Of a stretch of 64,000 nucleotides of DNA, positions 1 to 14,036 are shown piece after piece. The stretch is from NCBI RefSeq assembly GCF_009914755.1, contig NC_060944.1; one strand, 5' to 3'. The notes under the pieces were generated by a model. That model was not told the DNA's origin, searched no databases, and was given only the letters and a program-made list of their open reading frames with translations. The position numbers were made by a program, and so were the translations under genes. The stretch's first letter is position 1. The number at the start of each line of letters is the position of its first letter. This stretch comes from the human T2T-CHM13v2.0 reference genome, Homo sapiens.

Positions 1-633
1 TCTAGAGAAACAGAACCAATAGAATGTGGATAGAGTTAGAGATAGAGATAGAGATAGAGATAGAGATAGAGATAGAGATAGAGATAGAGATAGAGATAGA
101 GATAGAAATGGAAATAGAGATAGATAGATAGAGATGGAAATAGAGATAAGATAGAGATAGACATAGAGATAGAGATGGAGAGATATCTAGAAAGAGATTT
201 ATTATAAGGTATTGGCTCCCACGAGTACGGAGGCTGAAAAGTCCCATCATCTGCTGTTTGCAAGCTGGAGATACAGGAAAGCTAGTGGCGTAGTTCTAAG
301 ACCTGAGGGCTGAAAACCCATGGTGTAGATTCCAGTCCAGATCTGAAGGCCTCAGGGCCAGCAGTGCCGAGGGCAGCAGGAGAATGGTGTTCCAGCTCAA
401 GCAGCCAGGCAGAGGAGTTCAACCTTCCTGCCCCTTTCTGTTCTTTTCAGGCCCTCAAGAACTTGGATGGTGCCCACCCACATGAGGCAGGGTCATGTGC
501 TCTACTCAGTCCACCTCTTCGAATGCTAATCTCTTCCAGAAACACCCTCACAGACACACCCAGAAATCATGTTTAACCAGCTATCTGTGCACCTCACGAT
601 CCAATGAATTTGACGCGTGAAACTAACCATCAC
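1..633 (-). mobile_element. MLT2-family (ERVL) solo LTR, cut by window edge
   Basis: Ends in AACTAACCATCACA (reverse complement of the MLT2 start TGTGATGGTT). Has typical MLT2 segments (GAGAAACAGAACCAATAG, AAACACCCTCACAGACACACCCAGAAAT). Confidence 0.8.
29..190. repeat. (GATAGA)n microsatellite inside the MLT2 LTR
   Basis: Direct reading; explains the ISISIS/YLYLYL junk ORFs. Confidence 0.95.
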
Positions 634-3551
634 ACTCATCAATTAGCATGGTAACCATAAGTGCAATGATGGTGGCTGAAAAATAGTTGGCAACCTGGGC
701 TATCTCACAGGATTCAAACTAGCCTGTGTGCCCATACATGTGTGTGTCCAGACAAAACTTGAGTGAAACAGTATTCCTCTCCTTAACACTGGTAACAGAT
801 GGACACTGAACCCAAGAACTAGAAATAAATATACATGTAAATACTTAAGGTTATATAAAAATATTTAATTAAAATATCATTAAATTCTCAAATTGAAAAT
901 GTCAACTTTAAATAATTTTGTTTAAAATTATATTCATTCATTCTCATTTTGATGTTGATTTTACTTTAAATAGACACTTTTTGCTTTTTCAATTTATCAT
1001 TTTGTGAAAATGTATTCAACTTTTGTACACTTCATTTTACAAATACTTTTAAACCTTCTTTCCATGGCTTCTCAAAATGTGGTGCGTGGCCAGTCTGTAT
1101 TCTTTGTTACCAGCAGGGTGTGGAAGATGACTCAGAAATTGAGAGTGGGCATCTATCATATGTATTCTATGTCATCATCCACTGGAAACCACTTAGAGAT
1201 AAGTCTCTTCCACTGCGGGCCTGTGGCCACATGTTGAATAGCCCTGCATATCATTACTGTCAGTGAAACATAAATTATGTGAAAATCTTGATTTCAACAA
1301 CATAATTACTAGTTTGACTGAAAATAATGCAACAATAAATTTTGTAGCATAAATATGAATTCTAATTTAGGAATTTCATCTATCTTTTCCTTATTATTCA
1401 ATCCCAAATATTGCCCATCCACATTGGGCAGGAATTCCTGGTTCTCTTTCTGTGCCTTTGTTGTACCCAGGCCAAGGAGAGAGTCAAGAGCCGAGTCCAC
1501 CCCACACTTACCTTTCCTCACTTCAGAGCCACCCTAGCACTCTCCATGGCAATTAAAAAAAAAAAAAAATCCCATTGCAAAACAGTATCATCCCTGTGTC
1601 CCTGGTTCAGATACATGGCACAATCTCTGTTTCTGAAAAAGGCAGAACAATTCTCTATTACAGACTTTGGGCTCTGAATCACAGGTAAAAAACCTGGATG
1701 TAAAAACAAAACACAGAGTGGTTGCCATGCATTTGGAGCTATATCGATGACCCAATACAGCTGAACCCCACATTCTCCTGCTGTCCTCACACACTAGTTA
1801 TCTGCGGTCCAGGGCTGCCACATGTCAGAACAGAAAGAAGCTGGATCCTGTCTTGTTCCCAGCAAGACAGATGTGAGGAGCATGCAGTGAAGAGGGCAGG
1901 GAATGAGGAACTATGGCCAAAGCACGCTCAAATGGCACTAGGACTTCATATCTACTTTTGTTTATTTAATAAACTTTCCCATTCTGGAAACAAGAATCCA
2001 GGGTTGTAATTCTTAGTTGTTAATTCATAAGGAGTAAAACTGACTTACACACCTGAAATAGTAGGAGGCATGGCAGGCTCAAAGAGCAAGGCTCAAAATT
2101 CCACCTTTTAAAAAGCAACATGCAAGTTCTTTTCTGAGGTTGACCTCCTTGGTAGATAACCAAGTGCCTCAGCCAGGATCCAGGTTCCCAGCAGTCACTG
2201 AAAGGCCAAGTCTGTGCTCCTCCAAAGGGGAACCATCCCAACTCATCTCCCTTGGTCACCTTAGCACATACACCAGGACAAATCTATTTTTCTTTTCAGG
2301 TGTTGAAATAAAGTTTGTTCTTATGGTCCAGCTAGACCCAGAGCAGGAACCTCTTAGGGTTCTTTGTAATAAGTGGATCAGAGTCTAACCAGACAGGAAT
2401 ACTGACAGCCCCTTCACACAGCAGGAGCTTTACAAATGCTGCAATATTTGTTCATAAGCATGTTTATCACAAACAGGAACAGACTATTCAGAGGAATCAC
2501 CATTACTGCAAATAACCAAACATTGATACCTCATTTCATCACCATTAGCATTCTCCACTACGTTAATAATCACAAAATTTCAGCCCAGAACATCAAGGGA
2601 AGAAGCCACCAAGCAGCATCTAAAATAATAACAACTGATCACTGTACTCATCAAAATCCAGAATACCAAGGATGTCTTTTTGAAAGTGTCTCAGGCATTT
2701 GACTTCAGAACATCTCAGTAGAAAATGTTGCAGAGTGACATTGAACAGAATGATGAGGGAGGCAAGGAGATGCTATTCATTCTCACAAATGGAGTCTCAT
2801 TTTACTCCTTCTCATTCAATATTCTTAAGAGAGACATTTCCATCTTTGCATTTAGGAAACCATTCCAAATTATCCTAATTTGTTGCTGGTAGGTGCTAAT
2901 CATACATGAGCTGAGTTCCTCCTACCTTTCAGAGGATAATACTGAATTGTTTAACTGTAATGTAATTCATTTTCTACCTTTGGCCTCATCTTCAAGCAAT
3001 GTACTTGCATAAGTTTCCTTCTAGTTGAGTGAGGGAAGACTAAGATAATCTATACCTCTACTACTCTACCCTTAGTCACCCCAATAATCATGGCTACCTC
3101 TTGGAGAAGTCGATGTAGCAACAGCTCTGAAGGGGTAGGGGTGGGGATGGGAGGGTAATGGTTAAAAACACAGGCTTTGGAGTCAGAGATATGAATTTGA
3201 TCTCAACCTGTTCTGTGACTTTGGTTGTTATTTAACCTCACTAGCCACAGCTTTCTCTAAAATAAAGATAATATTCTTCTGCAATTAACTGAAATAACAA
3301 AAGAGATCTGATGTTTTTATACCTTAAGTGTATCTATTAGTCTCTGTTAAATGAGGACAATAGTAAAATATATCTCAAAATTCAATAACGTAGTTTTGGC
3401 AAATGTGTGTGTAAATATAGAGAGAAAGTGGCTTCACTGGTCTCCTGCTGCATCATGCAGGATGAGCGTGAGTGAGAAGCTAGCATCCTGGAAACAGGGA
3501 GGAGCAGCATCTTTGGAGACTAGTTCAAAGCCATCACTTCCTAAGATGCTA

Positions 3552-3632
3552 TTAGGTTGGTGCAAAAGAAATCACAGTTTTTGCCGTTACTTATAATGAC
3601 AAAAAAATGCAATTACTTTTATGCCAACCTAA
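3552..3632. mobile_element. MADE1 (Hsmar1-derived mariner MITE)
   Basis: ~80 bp; terminal inverted repeats TTAGGTTGGTGCAAAAG...CTTTTATGCCAACCTAA flanked by TA on both sides. Confidence 0.9.
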
Positions 3633-3989
3633 TAGAAAGCCAAAGCCATTTACTGGGGAGGAAAGAGAATGCTTTACATAATAAGTTTGGAGCCTTCTGA
3701 AAGGGAACAACACCTGACACATAGTGAGCGAGACCAAAGTGATCCCACTTCTAGCCCAGCCAGGGAAAAGCAATGAGGGGAAGACAGAACTGGGGTTCTT
3801 AAGCCTGAGGAAAGGGGGAATATAGATTACTCCAGTCCAGACTTCTCCATCTCAGTTATTGGCAACTCCACATTTTTAGTTGCTTGGGCAACACACCTCG
3901 GGGTCATCTCTGACTCTTTTCTTTCTCTCCCACTCCACAACCAATCTGTCAGGCATCTGGTGGCCGTATCTGGAATCCAATCACTTCTT

Positions 3990-4613
3990 GTGGTCAGCAT
4001 AATTCCACCCCTGCCACACATACATCCAATCTCTGGAACCTGTACATATGCCACATTACCCGGAAAAAAGAAAAGGACTTGGCATATGTAATTAAGGTTA
4101 TGGACCTTAACATAAGGAGATTATCTTGGATTATTCAGGTGGACCCAAAAATCTAATAACATGAGCCCTTAAAAACACGTAATTTTCTCCAGCTGGAGGT
4201 AGAGAGATGTGGCAAAAGGAGAAGGCAAAGGGATTTGAAACATGGGAAGGACATGGCTCACTGTTGCTGGCTTAAAGATGAAGGGAGACATGTGACGAGG
4301 CATGCCTGTGTCCTTAAGGAGCTGAGAGAGGTTCCCACCGACGGCTGGCAAGGAAGCAGAGATTTGAGCCCTACAGCCACAAGGAACTGAGTTCTGCCAA
4401 TGACTTGAAAGAGTTTGGAAGTACATTCTTCCCTAGAGCCTCCAAAAAATAAATGGACCTGTCAACACTTTAATTTTGGCCTTTTGAGATTCCAAGCCGA
4501 AGATCCTGTGAGCTATGCTGTGCTGGACTTCTCATTTACAGAACTGTGACATCATACATGGATGTTGTTCTAAGACACTAGGTTCATGATAACATATTAT
4601 GGCAGCAATAGCA
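3990..4613 (+). mobile_element. MLT1E-like MaLR LTR
   Basis: GGACTTTG..TGTAATTAAGG, GAGATTATCTTGGATTATTCAGGTGG, CCACAAGGAACTGAGTTCTGCCAA, 3' ATGGCAGCAATAG. Confidence 0.75.
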
Positions 4614-5205
4614 TGCTCCCTCCACTGGTACCATCCAGCTCCAAGACACCATCATAATCACCCAGATGACTGCAAGAGTCTCCTCACTGGTCGCTCTGCT
4701 CTGGCCTTGCCTGCCTGCCCTTCAGTTTATCCTCAATATCACAGCAAGAGTGAGATTTTTAAGGCCTAAGTCAAATTATGTCACTCGTCTGCTCAATACC
4801 CTGCAGCAACTTTCCATCTCACTCAGGCTAAATGACAAAATCTTTGCAGTGACTAAAGACCCTACTAGATCTGCTCTCCATCTTACCAGCTCTTTGACCT
4901 TCAACTTCAACTGCTTTTCTCTTTGTTCATTTTACTCAAGATTCCTGACATTATTGCTGTCCCTAGAACATGCTGGGCATGCTCCAATCTTCAGGTCTCT
5001 GCACTATCTGTCCCCCAACACATCTGCATAGCAAACCTTTACCTCATTCAAGAAGACTGGCTACTCTGTTTAGCACTGAAACTGCCTTCTCTCTCTCCCA
5101 ACTGGCACTCCCAATCTCTTATACCCTGCTATATTATTTTTCTCCATAATACTTAACGTTTTCCAACATACTTTTTATTTACTTATGTTTCTTGTCTTCT
5201 TGTAG

Positions 5206-5406
<201 letters not shown>

Positions 5407-6011
5407 TGACTAGAACCACCAGGCCTTTGTGAACGAATGAATGGTAATCTGTGTTCTACTCAAGAGCTTGTTCTTGTGTGGGGAGAGCAAGTTGTATAGC
5501 TTTGTAGCTCATGCTGTGCATTTTTCATATAAAGTAAAGACTGTCAACTCGGGAAGCTAAACAAAGAGCACTTTGATGATGCAGGGACCTAGACTATAAG
5601 GGCACTGTTTCAACAGTGCGTCCGCCAAACTGTACCAGACTTGTCTTCAACAGTGACACCATGTGGCAGCTAAAAGCAACTGCAGTGGTGGACTGATGTG
5701 ACTCCAGTCCTGCCCTCTTTGGGTTAAGTAAGCTGCAAGGACTCTGCCAATGGCAGGGAGTGAGAGAGAGTGAGAGTGTCAATGGGAGGTGCTAGAACTA
5801 CTGCTAAGAAGCCAGAGAGGAGGGCTCCAGCAATTGATTAGAGAATCAGTGAGATATAATGGCACATGTAGGCTACATTAGTGGAATTACTAATACTAAC
5901 TCAGGTAAAAAGCACTTCACATGGTAATGGGAACATAGTGAGAGAGTGCTCAATGGTGACTAACATTCAGAAGGGAGGAAACAGGAGAAGAATAATTTTT
6001 AAAATGTAATT

Positions 6012-6474
6012 TGTAGTGGGCTGAGTGGCAGCCCTTAAAAAGATATGTCCACTGAACACAATGTCCTCCAAATATTGGCTATCCTCATCCTAACCCCCAG
6101 AATCTGTGAATGTGACTTTATTTGGAAACAGAGTTTTTGTAGATATAACTAAGGATCTCAAAATGAGATTATCCTGGATTGTCTGGATAAATTCAGCGGC
6201 AGTGTCCTTATAAGAGACAGAAGACAAAACACTGAAAAGAGAGGAAGGCTGTGTGAAGACAGAGGCGGAGACTGAAGTGAAGCGGCCAAAGGACACCTGA
6301 GCCATGAGACACTAGAAGAGGCAGGGAAGGATTCTCCTAGAGCTTCCACAAAAAGCATGGCCTGCCAGTACCTTGATCTCAGACTTCTGACCTCAGAACT
6401 ACGAGAGAATAAATTTATGTGGTTTTAAGCCAGTTTGTGGGAATTTGTTACAGGTACCCCAGGAAAGTAATCCA
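6012..6474 (+). mobile_element. MLT1B/C-like MaLR LTR
   Basis: TGTAGTGGGCTGA start, TGTGAATGTGACTTTATTTGGAAA, AGAATAAATTT..TTTAAGCC..TTTGTTAC end. Confidence 0.8.
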
Positions 6475-6664
6475 CAATCCTATAGAGATTATCCTACATC
6501 ATGGGGAGAGGGAGGAAGGTATAAGTGAGGTAAGGTGACAGTTTACTTATTGGGCAGGGGGTACTGATTAAACTACCCTAATGCTGATAATAACCAGCCT
6601 TGACCATAGGAAATTTACTCGAATTATTTTTACAACATACTAGTCACCCACCTTCCTTCCTAGT

Positions 6665-7157
6665 TGAGGAGATCCAAGACCCCCTGGTGGCCATCAAGCA
6701 GACCATCCAGGGCAAAGTTCCTTATCTGATGAATTCAGAAGTAATTAGACTTTCCTATTAGCTAAATGCCTGCTTTAGCTAATGGCTCCAGGCTTCTTTC
6801 CCCAAAATTTAGAAGTAACTAGAATTTCTATACATCTCCAGAATGCATGCATGTCAACCCTTGCTGACATTAAGGTACCAAAGCAACTACAAGTGTAAGC
6901 ATTTATCATGACCTATGTGGCTAATATGGTCCAAATTACCCTGAAGTTCCCGCTTTAAGGTTCATAAATAGCCCAAAGGAAAATCCACCACGGCACACTC
7001 AGTCCTGTCTTGCTGAAGTGCTCTGCTGCATGCTGCTACAGCGCTTTCTATCTAATGAAACTTTCCTTTCAAACCCACACTGTTGTCAGTAAATTCTTCT
7101 TACTACCTGTGAGTCAATTCATTTCTGATGCCAGGGCTCTGATACGTTGCCTGGCCA
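6665..7157 (+). mobile_element. ERV solo LTR, LTR47/MER72-like
   Basis: TG...CA termini; colinear similarity with the LTR at 15676-16565 (AATTCAGAAGTAATTAGAC, AATATGGTCCAAATTACC, AAGGAAAATCCACC). Confidence 0.7.
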
Positions 7158-7959
7158 TACTGACCTTTCAATATTAAACACCAGGTACAGTAATAATGTA
7201 GCAAATGTGTTGCTGTATTTTCATAATTCATGGCAGGCTGCTGCCCACTGTTGCAAATAAGGTGATGTTGGAACACAGCTGTGCCCATTCTTTCAGGTGT
7301 GGTCTGTGACAGAGGTGACCAGTCAACAGAGACCATATGCACAAAAAGCCAAATTACTTATTATCTGACCTTTCATGGAAAAAAATGCCAGCCCCTGGGC
7401 TAGATCAGGGAAGACTTTGTAAACCAGGTTAAGAGATTATAACGTTTTATCACATGTACAGTGGTGAGTTACTGAATGGATTTAAACACAGAACTGATCC
7501 ATATCCACTTTTAGAACAATCACTCTGCAGTATAAAGGTTGAAATTGGGGAGTGAAAGAATGAAGGCAGGAATTTCAGTTGGGAGGCTGGGTCAATAATC
7601 AGGTGAACACTGAAGGTAGCCTGGGCCCCACGTAATAAGGTAAAACGGGCTCCGTTTTCATGTCCACTTTTGTAATCACACTGTCTCCCAGGTCCACTAG
7701 ATGGCAACACCACACAGGAAAATCATTCATCTCCACCACAATGTCTATTTTAGTGTCCTCTATTATTATAGAAACTTAAGAGCTATAATTCAAGTATTTC
7801 AGTGACTTAACCCCTTGTGTAGGTTTCAAGAAGAACCTACTCCATATTAAGTTACATTTATATCCAGACTCTGTGTTGTTTAACAGAGCAAACGGGCCAG
7901 GGCATCATATGAGAAACTGAAAGATGAACGAACTTCAACTCTCCAATTAAAATATGCTG

Positions 7960-8920
<961 letters not shown>

Positions 8921-10082
8921 GGAAGGAAAATTTTTAAAAATGTACATGCAACATGCAAATTTAAATGTACATTATAAATATAGTATTAAAAATTTTAGTT
9001 CACAGTTTCATGTATGTAAGAAAGAGCACACTTCTTTATTTTCTATAAATCAACTTAATTTTACCTCTAAGCCCCAGTCCTGTAAGGTTAAGAAATTCAG
9101 CCTTGATCAGCCTCAGACCTTCCTCCTCCCATGCTCTGGAATTTTGTCAAGGTTCTGAGTCTCATCCAAGACCCAAGTATCTTTGCTCATGTGTGTACAG
9201 TGATTATCCCAAGACATCCATTGCCCCACCCCTGTGGTCCTGTCAGATCCACTGCTCTGGTCTTTCTGTGAGAGCCAGGAAAGGTCACAAGCCTGGGAAA
9301 ACTTTAGGTCAGGATCCCCAGGGCCCAGCCTTGGACCATTCCCTAGGGCCTTGGTACATGTGGTTCATGGTCCAGCTGCATGGGCAGCACCTGGACCTCC
9401 CCCTGGGGACTTGCTGCCTGTGGCCCGGACCAGCTGCACCTGCATCACTTGGGCACGACTGGATCACAATCTGCATGTCAACCAGAGCCCTAGGGATTCA
9501 TGTGCATATTTCAGTTTTAAAAGCACCGCCTTAACTGGTCTTGCCATACCTGCCAGGTGGAATGCAGGTTAGGGCCATTCTGGGACCCCCAGGGCTGGGC
9601 ATTCACTCACTCACTAGTCTGCAGAAGTTCTCCCTTACTTCCATCAATGACCATTCATATGGACACAAAGGCAGCCCAAGAAGGGTCCTGTAGGCGACCC
9701 TAGCCTGCTGCCCTGCCCTGCCACTAGCCACCCTCACTCAGTTAAGGAGGAGCAGGGGCTTCTACCTGCTTTTAGGAGGAAACAGCAGGAGAAAAATTCA
9801 AGGAAGAAGCATAAATTCTAGCCATAAGTATATGTTGTTTTTCATGAAATCAAGACTAAAAAGAAAATATCACAATTTAACTTATGTAGCAACATTATAA
9901 CTTATTTTTAATCCTAAACTTCTCTGAATTCAGCTTTCTACAATGAATATAATTCCATTTACAAACAGAAAAAAAAATAAGTATTTGTTAATAGAGTATA
10001 CTCATGCTGGCAAGATACAAAGATGCAAAATCAATCCAGAAATAAGAAGAAAAATAGGAGGAACACTGGGAGTAGAACTTAA

Positions 10083-10174
10083 GTCTCCCATCCAACTCCT
10101 CACCAGGCCCGACCCTGCTTAATTCATGAGATCAGACAAGATCAGGATGGTTTTAGGGTGGTATGGCCACAGAC
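10083..10174 (-). pseudogene. 5S rRNA pseudogene, 3'-truncated (~5S nt 1-91)
   Basis: Reverse complement reads GTCTGTGGCCATACCACCCTAAAA...GATCTTGTCTGATCTCATGAATTAAGCAGGGTCGGGCCTGGTGAGGAGTTGGATGGGAGAC, colinear with human 5S rRNA but with many substitutions. Confidence 0.92.
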
Positions 10175-10322
10175 CAGAGTAGAAATAAAAGTAACAACTT
10201 TTTAGATAGCCAGCACAGGTCAACTGCATTCGCTGAGAAGCTGACCAGATTGCTTAAAGAGCTGTCTAGTGTCTTCTCAGGGCTCTGGAGTTTATTCATT
10301 TAAATCTATTTCCAGGTAGGTT

Positions 10323-11242
10323 TGTTGAGATAAGCCATATAAGCTAGAATTCCTCTTCTCCAGGGCAGGTCATAGAAACCAGAGCCCCTTTTCTCCAAAG
10401 CCAGCCATAAAACCGAAAATGTTATGCCAAACTTCCTTTTCTGTGTAACCGCCATGGAGAAATTAAGACCCTCATTTCAGAAGGGTTCTACCCTGTACTC
10501 TGGCGGAAGGAATGCTGCACAGATGCCAAGAAGAATCTGCACAGACAGGCCTTGCTGGATTTTCCCATGCAGTCTACTGGCATTAGATCAGGCCCTTCTT
10601 GTCCAATCACATTTCTACACTCTGTCCCTGCTTCATCAAACCTAAGCAGAAAAATGAATAATTCAACTTAGGTATATTAGTCAGGGTTCTCTAGAGGGAC
10701 AGAACTAATGGAATAAGTATATATCTATAAGGGGGAGTTTCTTAAGTATTAACTCACACCATCACAAGATCCCACAGTAACCCCTCTCCAGGCTGAGGAT
10801 CAAGGAGAGCCAGTCCAAGTCCCAAAACTGAAGAACTTGGAGTCCGATGTTCAAGGGCAGGAAGCATCCAGCACCGGAGAAAGATGTAGGCTGGGAGGCT
10901 AGGCCAGTCTCTCTTTTCACATTTTTCTGCCTGCTTGTATTCTAGCCATGCTGGCAGCTGATTAGATTATGCCCACCCAGATTAGGGATGGGTCTGCCTT
11001 TCCTAGTCCATTAACTCAAATGTTCATCTACTTTGGCAACACCCTTACAGACATACCCAGGATCAATACTTTGGATCCTTCAATCCAATCAAATTGCCAC
11101 TCAGTATTAACAATCACACTAGGTCTATGGGTCTTTTTTCTGTGTCACGTAAAGCTACAATCACATAAATTTGTTATGGGAGTGTTGGCCGTGGGCCTTT
11201 TGATGGAGAGAAAAGGAATCACCTCCTTTCCACCCCATAGCA
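10323..11242 (+). mobile_element. MER39-like ERV1 LTR split by an MLT2A insertion
   Basis: AGGAATGCTGCACAG..GCCAAGAAGAATCTGCACAGACAGGCCTTGCTGG; LTR-like sequence resumes after 11123. Confidence 0.6.
10673..11118 (-). mobile_element. MLT2A (HERV-L) solo LTR
   Basis: TATTAGTCAGGGTTCTCTAGAGGGACAGAACTAA ... CAGTATTAACAATCACA; 5-bp TSD TTAGG/CTAGG. Confidence 0.88.
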
Positions 11243-12978
11243 TGTTTGGGCTTTTTTAAAAAAAAAGAAGGGGGTTACATGGTAATTGATAAGGGAAGGA
11301 ATCTGCCAACTACAAATGTCTTTCCTTTTAAAAATAATACACAAATTACAGGCTCCAGTAAAATTCAGGCTGTCATTTCAAGAGGTCCCTAGCATGAATT
11401 ACTGAGTTAATTGGCTACTTAGAACAAAAATCTACAACCAATTACAAGCCCACGTTGCTGGGTTCCTGGGTTTTAACCACACACTCTAATGGCTGGCATC
11501 TCACTGGGGTCAAGCTGAGGTACCAGCAGGATGTCAAATGGATTTTCCTATGTCCTGCTGCTTGTTCCAGAGGCCAAGTGCCCAATAGGCTTGGCCTCAA
11601 TTTTCTGAGACCCATGAAGATGACAGCATCCCTGTGGTAAAACCCTTTTCTGAGAAGAGTTGAAGCGAGGAGATCCAGTTAAAAAAATAAGCAAGTAAAT
11701 GTGCACAAATGTTATTTTAGGAAAAAATTGGTGAGGACAAAACCAAGTCATGGTGCCTTTTGGCGAACCCGTCCTTCCCGGTGCAAGTCATCGCTGTGTA
11801 CATCAACTGCAGGCATCTGAGGGACCCTCAATAAGCCACTTTCTCAAGAACAATGGCACTTTTTAAGTATATAGTTTGTTCAAACAGCTATATTTAAGCG
11901 TAGGCACTTTGGGATCTCAGCTTGCAGCCTAAGGCAATGAATATGAAAACAAAAATCTCAGAACCCAGGTTAACCTAAAATGCCATGAATTGTTAAAGGA
12001 TCATTTGTCTCAACAAGCAAAATCATGACTTTTACACAAATATAAAAGGAATGTGTGATCAAAGATTTACTTAACTCATTAGTTAATGAGGGAACTAATA
12101 AGATGGGATCACTGTTTCAAGGAGAATTGAAAGAACATGCACAGACCTCACCAATAGACATAAAAATAGTCTCTATCCCCAGGGCGATAATTAATTGTGC
12201 TTCACTGGACAAAATTCATTTGCATGTCTCTCAACTTTCTACAACTTACAGAGTTAAGTAACTCAAATTAACTATTAGTAAAAAAAAAAAAAAACAAAAA
12301 AAAAAAAAACAGCTCAAAGGCAATAAAAGGCACAAGTAACCCAGAGGAGTGGAGTGTTCTAGACAGGACTTGTTTTTTTGGTCCATTTCAGAGTCTTTTG
12401 CGATTTCTCCTGACACCGTTTATTGAAAGAGCTCAGCAGAGTATAGGCAGCAAAGCAAATGTATTCTCTTTTACAACTTCTTTAATTCCTTCTGTTGAAT
12501 ACATTCTCCCCGTCCCTAAATGAAACTTAAAACAGGCTCCAAAATTCTTTCTGTCCTACTTGGATAATAAAAGACCCAGTCAGTCCTAATTTTAAATAAT
12601 AATTGAAGCCAATGGAAATGTCTCTTCCTTCTGGGCTGGGCCTGTCTGCTGCTTGGCAGTCACATGACTTTGTCCAGTTCCTCCCTCGACTTGTCCTGGC
12701 TCCTCCCTCACTTGAAGAAGGGTGGAGACATCTCACAGGATTATTACACTTTTATTTTGGCCTTGGTACCTGCTGGGGGAGGCAGATTCCAGATGCCGAG
12801 TCATCTCCTCATAGAGTGGGTCCTTCAGGGACTCCCTCTTCCCCAACCCAACTCCCTCCCTGGAGAGCTCTCCCTGCACTGCCCTGGACGTGAGTGGTGC
12901 CTTCCCCCTACTCTGGTTGACCACACAGCTCTCCTCCTGGGCTTCAGTGAACCCGAGTGGTCCTCCCCTTTAGAGAAT

Positions 12979-13616
12979 TGTTAGAGGCATTCAAAGCAGG
13001 GCAACTCATCTTGAATAGGGGCTGGGTAAAACAAGGCTGACACTTGCTGGTCTGCATTCCCAGGAGGTTAGGCATTCTAAGCCACAGGAGGAGATAAGAG
13101 GTTGGCAGGATTAGTATCACAAAATATAGGTCACAAAGACCCTGGTGATAAAACAGAATGCAGTAAAGAAGCCAGCCAAAACCTGCCAAAACTAACATGG
13201 TGATAAAAGTGACCTCTAGTCATCCTCACTGCTCATTATATGTTCATTATAATGCATTAGCATGCTAAAAGACACTCCCACCCACACCATGACAGTTTAC
13301 AAATGCCATGGCAATGTCCAGAAATTGCTCTATATGGTCTAAAAGGGGGAGGGATCCTCAGTTCTGGGAAATCTCCACCTCTTTCCCAGAAAACTCATGA
13401 ATAGTCCACCCCTTGTTTAGCATATAATCAAGAAATAACCAGAAGCATACTCAGTCAAGCAGCCCATGCTGCTGCTTTGTCTATGGAGTAGCCGTTCTTT
13501 TATTCCTTTACTGTCTTAATAAACTTGCTCTCACCTTATAGACTCGCCCCAAATTCTTTCTTGTGCAAGATCCAAGAACCCTTGGGCACTGGATGGGGAC
13601 CCCACTTCTGGTAACA
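12979..13616 (+). mobile_element. MER41 (MER41B-like) solo LTR #1
   Basis: TGTTAGAGGCATTC..CATCTTGAATAGGGGCTGGGTAAAA ... CTGGTAACA; exact 4-bp TSD GAAT. Confidence 0.9.
13362..13391. promoter_or_regulatory. Tandem STAT GAS motifs (TTCTGGGAA, TTCCCAGAA) in MER41 #1
   Basis: Two TTCN3GAA matches at 13362-13370 and 13383-13391; function inferred. Confidence 0.6.
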
Positions 13617-13708
13617 GAATCACTTCCCCACTCCCCTCCCCAAGTGGTCCTCTTGTCCAAAGTCCATCCCAAGTCCCCCTGGTCTAGCCCACTTTCATGG
13701 AATATACT

Positions 13709-14036
13709 AGTGTTTCTAATCCAGGATCATTCTGCCTCCAGGGGATGTTTGTCACATCTGGAGATATTTTGAGTTGTCACAACAGGTGGGGGTGATCCTG
13801 GCATCTAGTGGGTGGAGGCCAGGGATGCTGTTAAATAACACAGCCCCCCGCCCCGCCACCACCACTCACCACACACACAGAATTTTCCAGCTTACAAGCC
13901 CCCCGCCCCGCCACCGCCACTCACCACACACACAGAATTTTCCAGCTTACAAGCCCCCCGCCCCGCCACCGCCACTCACCACACACACAGAATTCTCCAG
14001 CTTACAAACACCCATAGTGCCAAGATTGAGACACCC
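13709..14036. mobile_element. MER20 hAT DNA transposon containing a minisatellite
   Basis: ATCTGGAGATATTTTGAGTTGTCACAAC, CTGGCATCTAGTGGGTGGAGGCCAGGGATGCTG, TAGTGCCAAGATTGAGA. Confidence 0.8.
13842..14006. repeat. Minisatellite, 3 x 55 bp
   Basis: Units start at 13842, 13897 and 13952 and differ at only two positions in total. Confidence 0.95.

Noticed and set aside
2-263. ISISIS/YLYLYL ORFs here, and the GREGG-rich ORFs near 35298-35627
   Set aside because: Translations of simple repeats.
10083-10174. Functional 5S rRNA gene
   Set aside because: Single copy, missing the 3' ~30 nt and terminator, with many substitutions including CpG decay.
13842-14006. CRISPR-like array
   Set aside because: Units are head-to-tail with no unique spacers; eukaryotic minisatellite.
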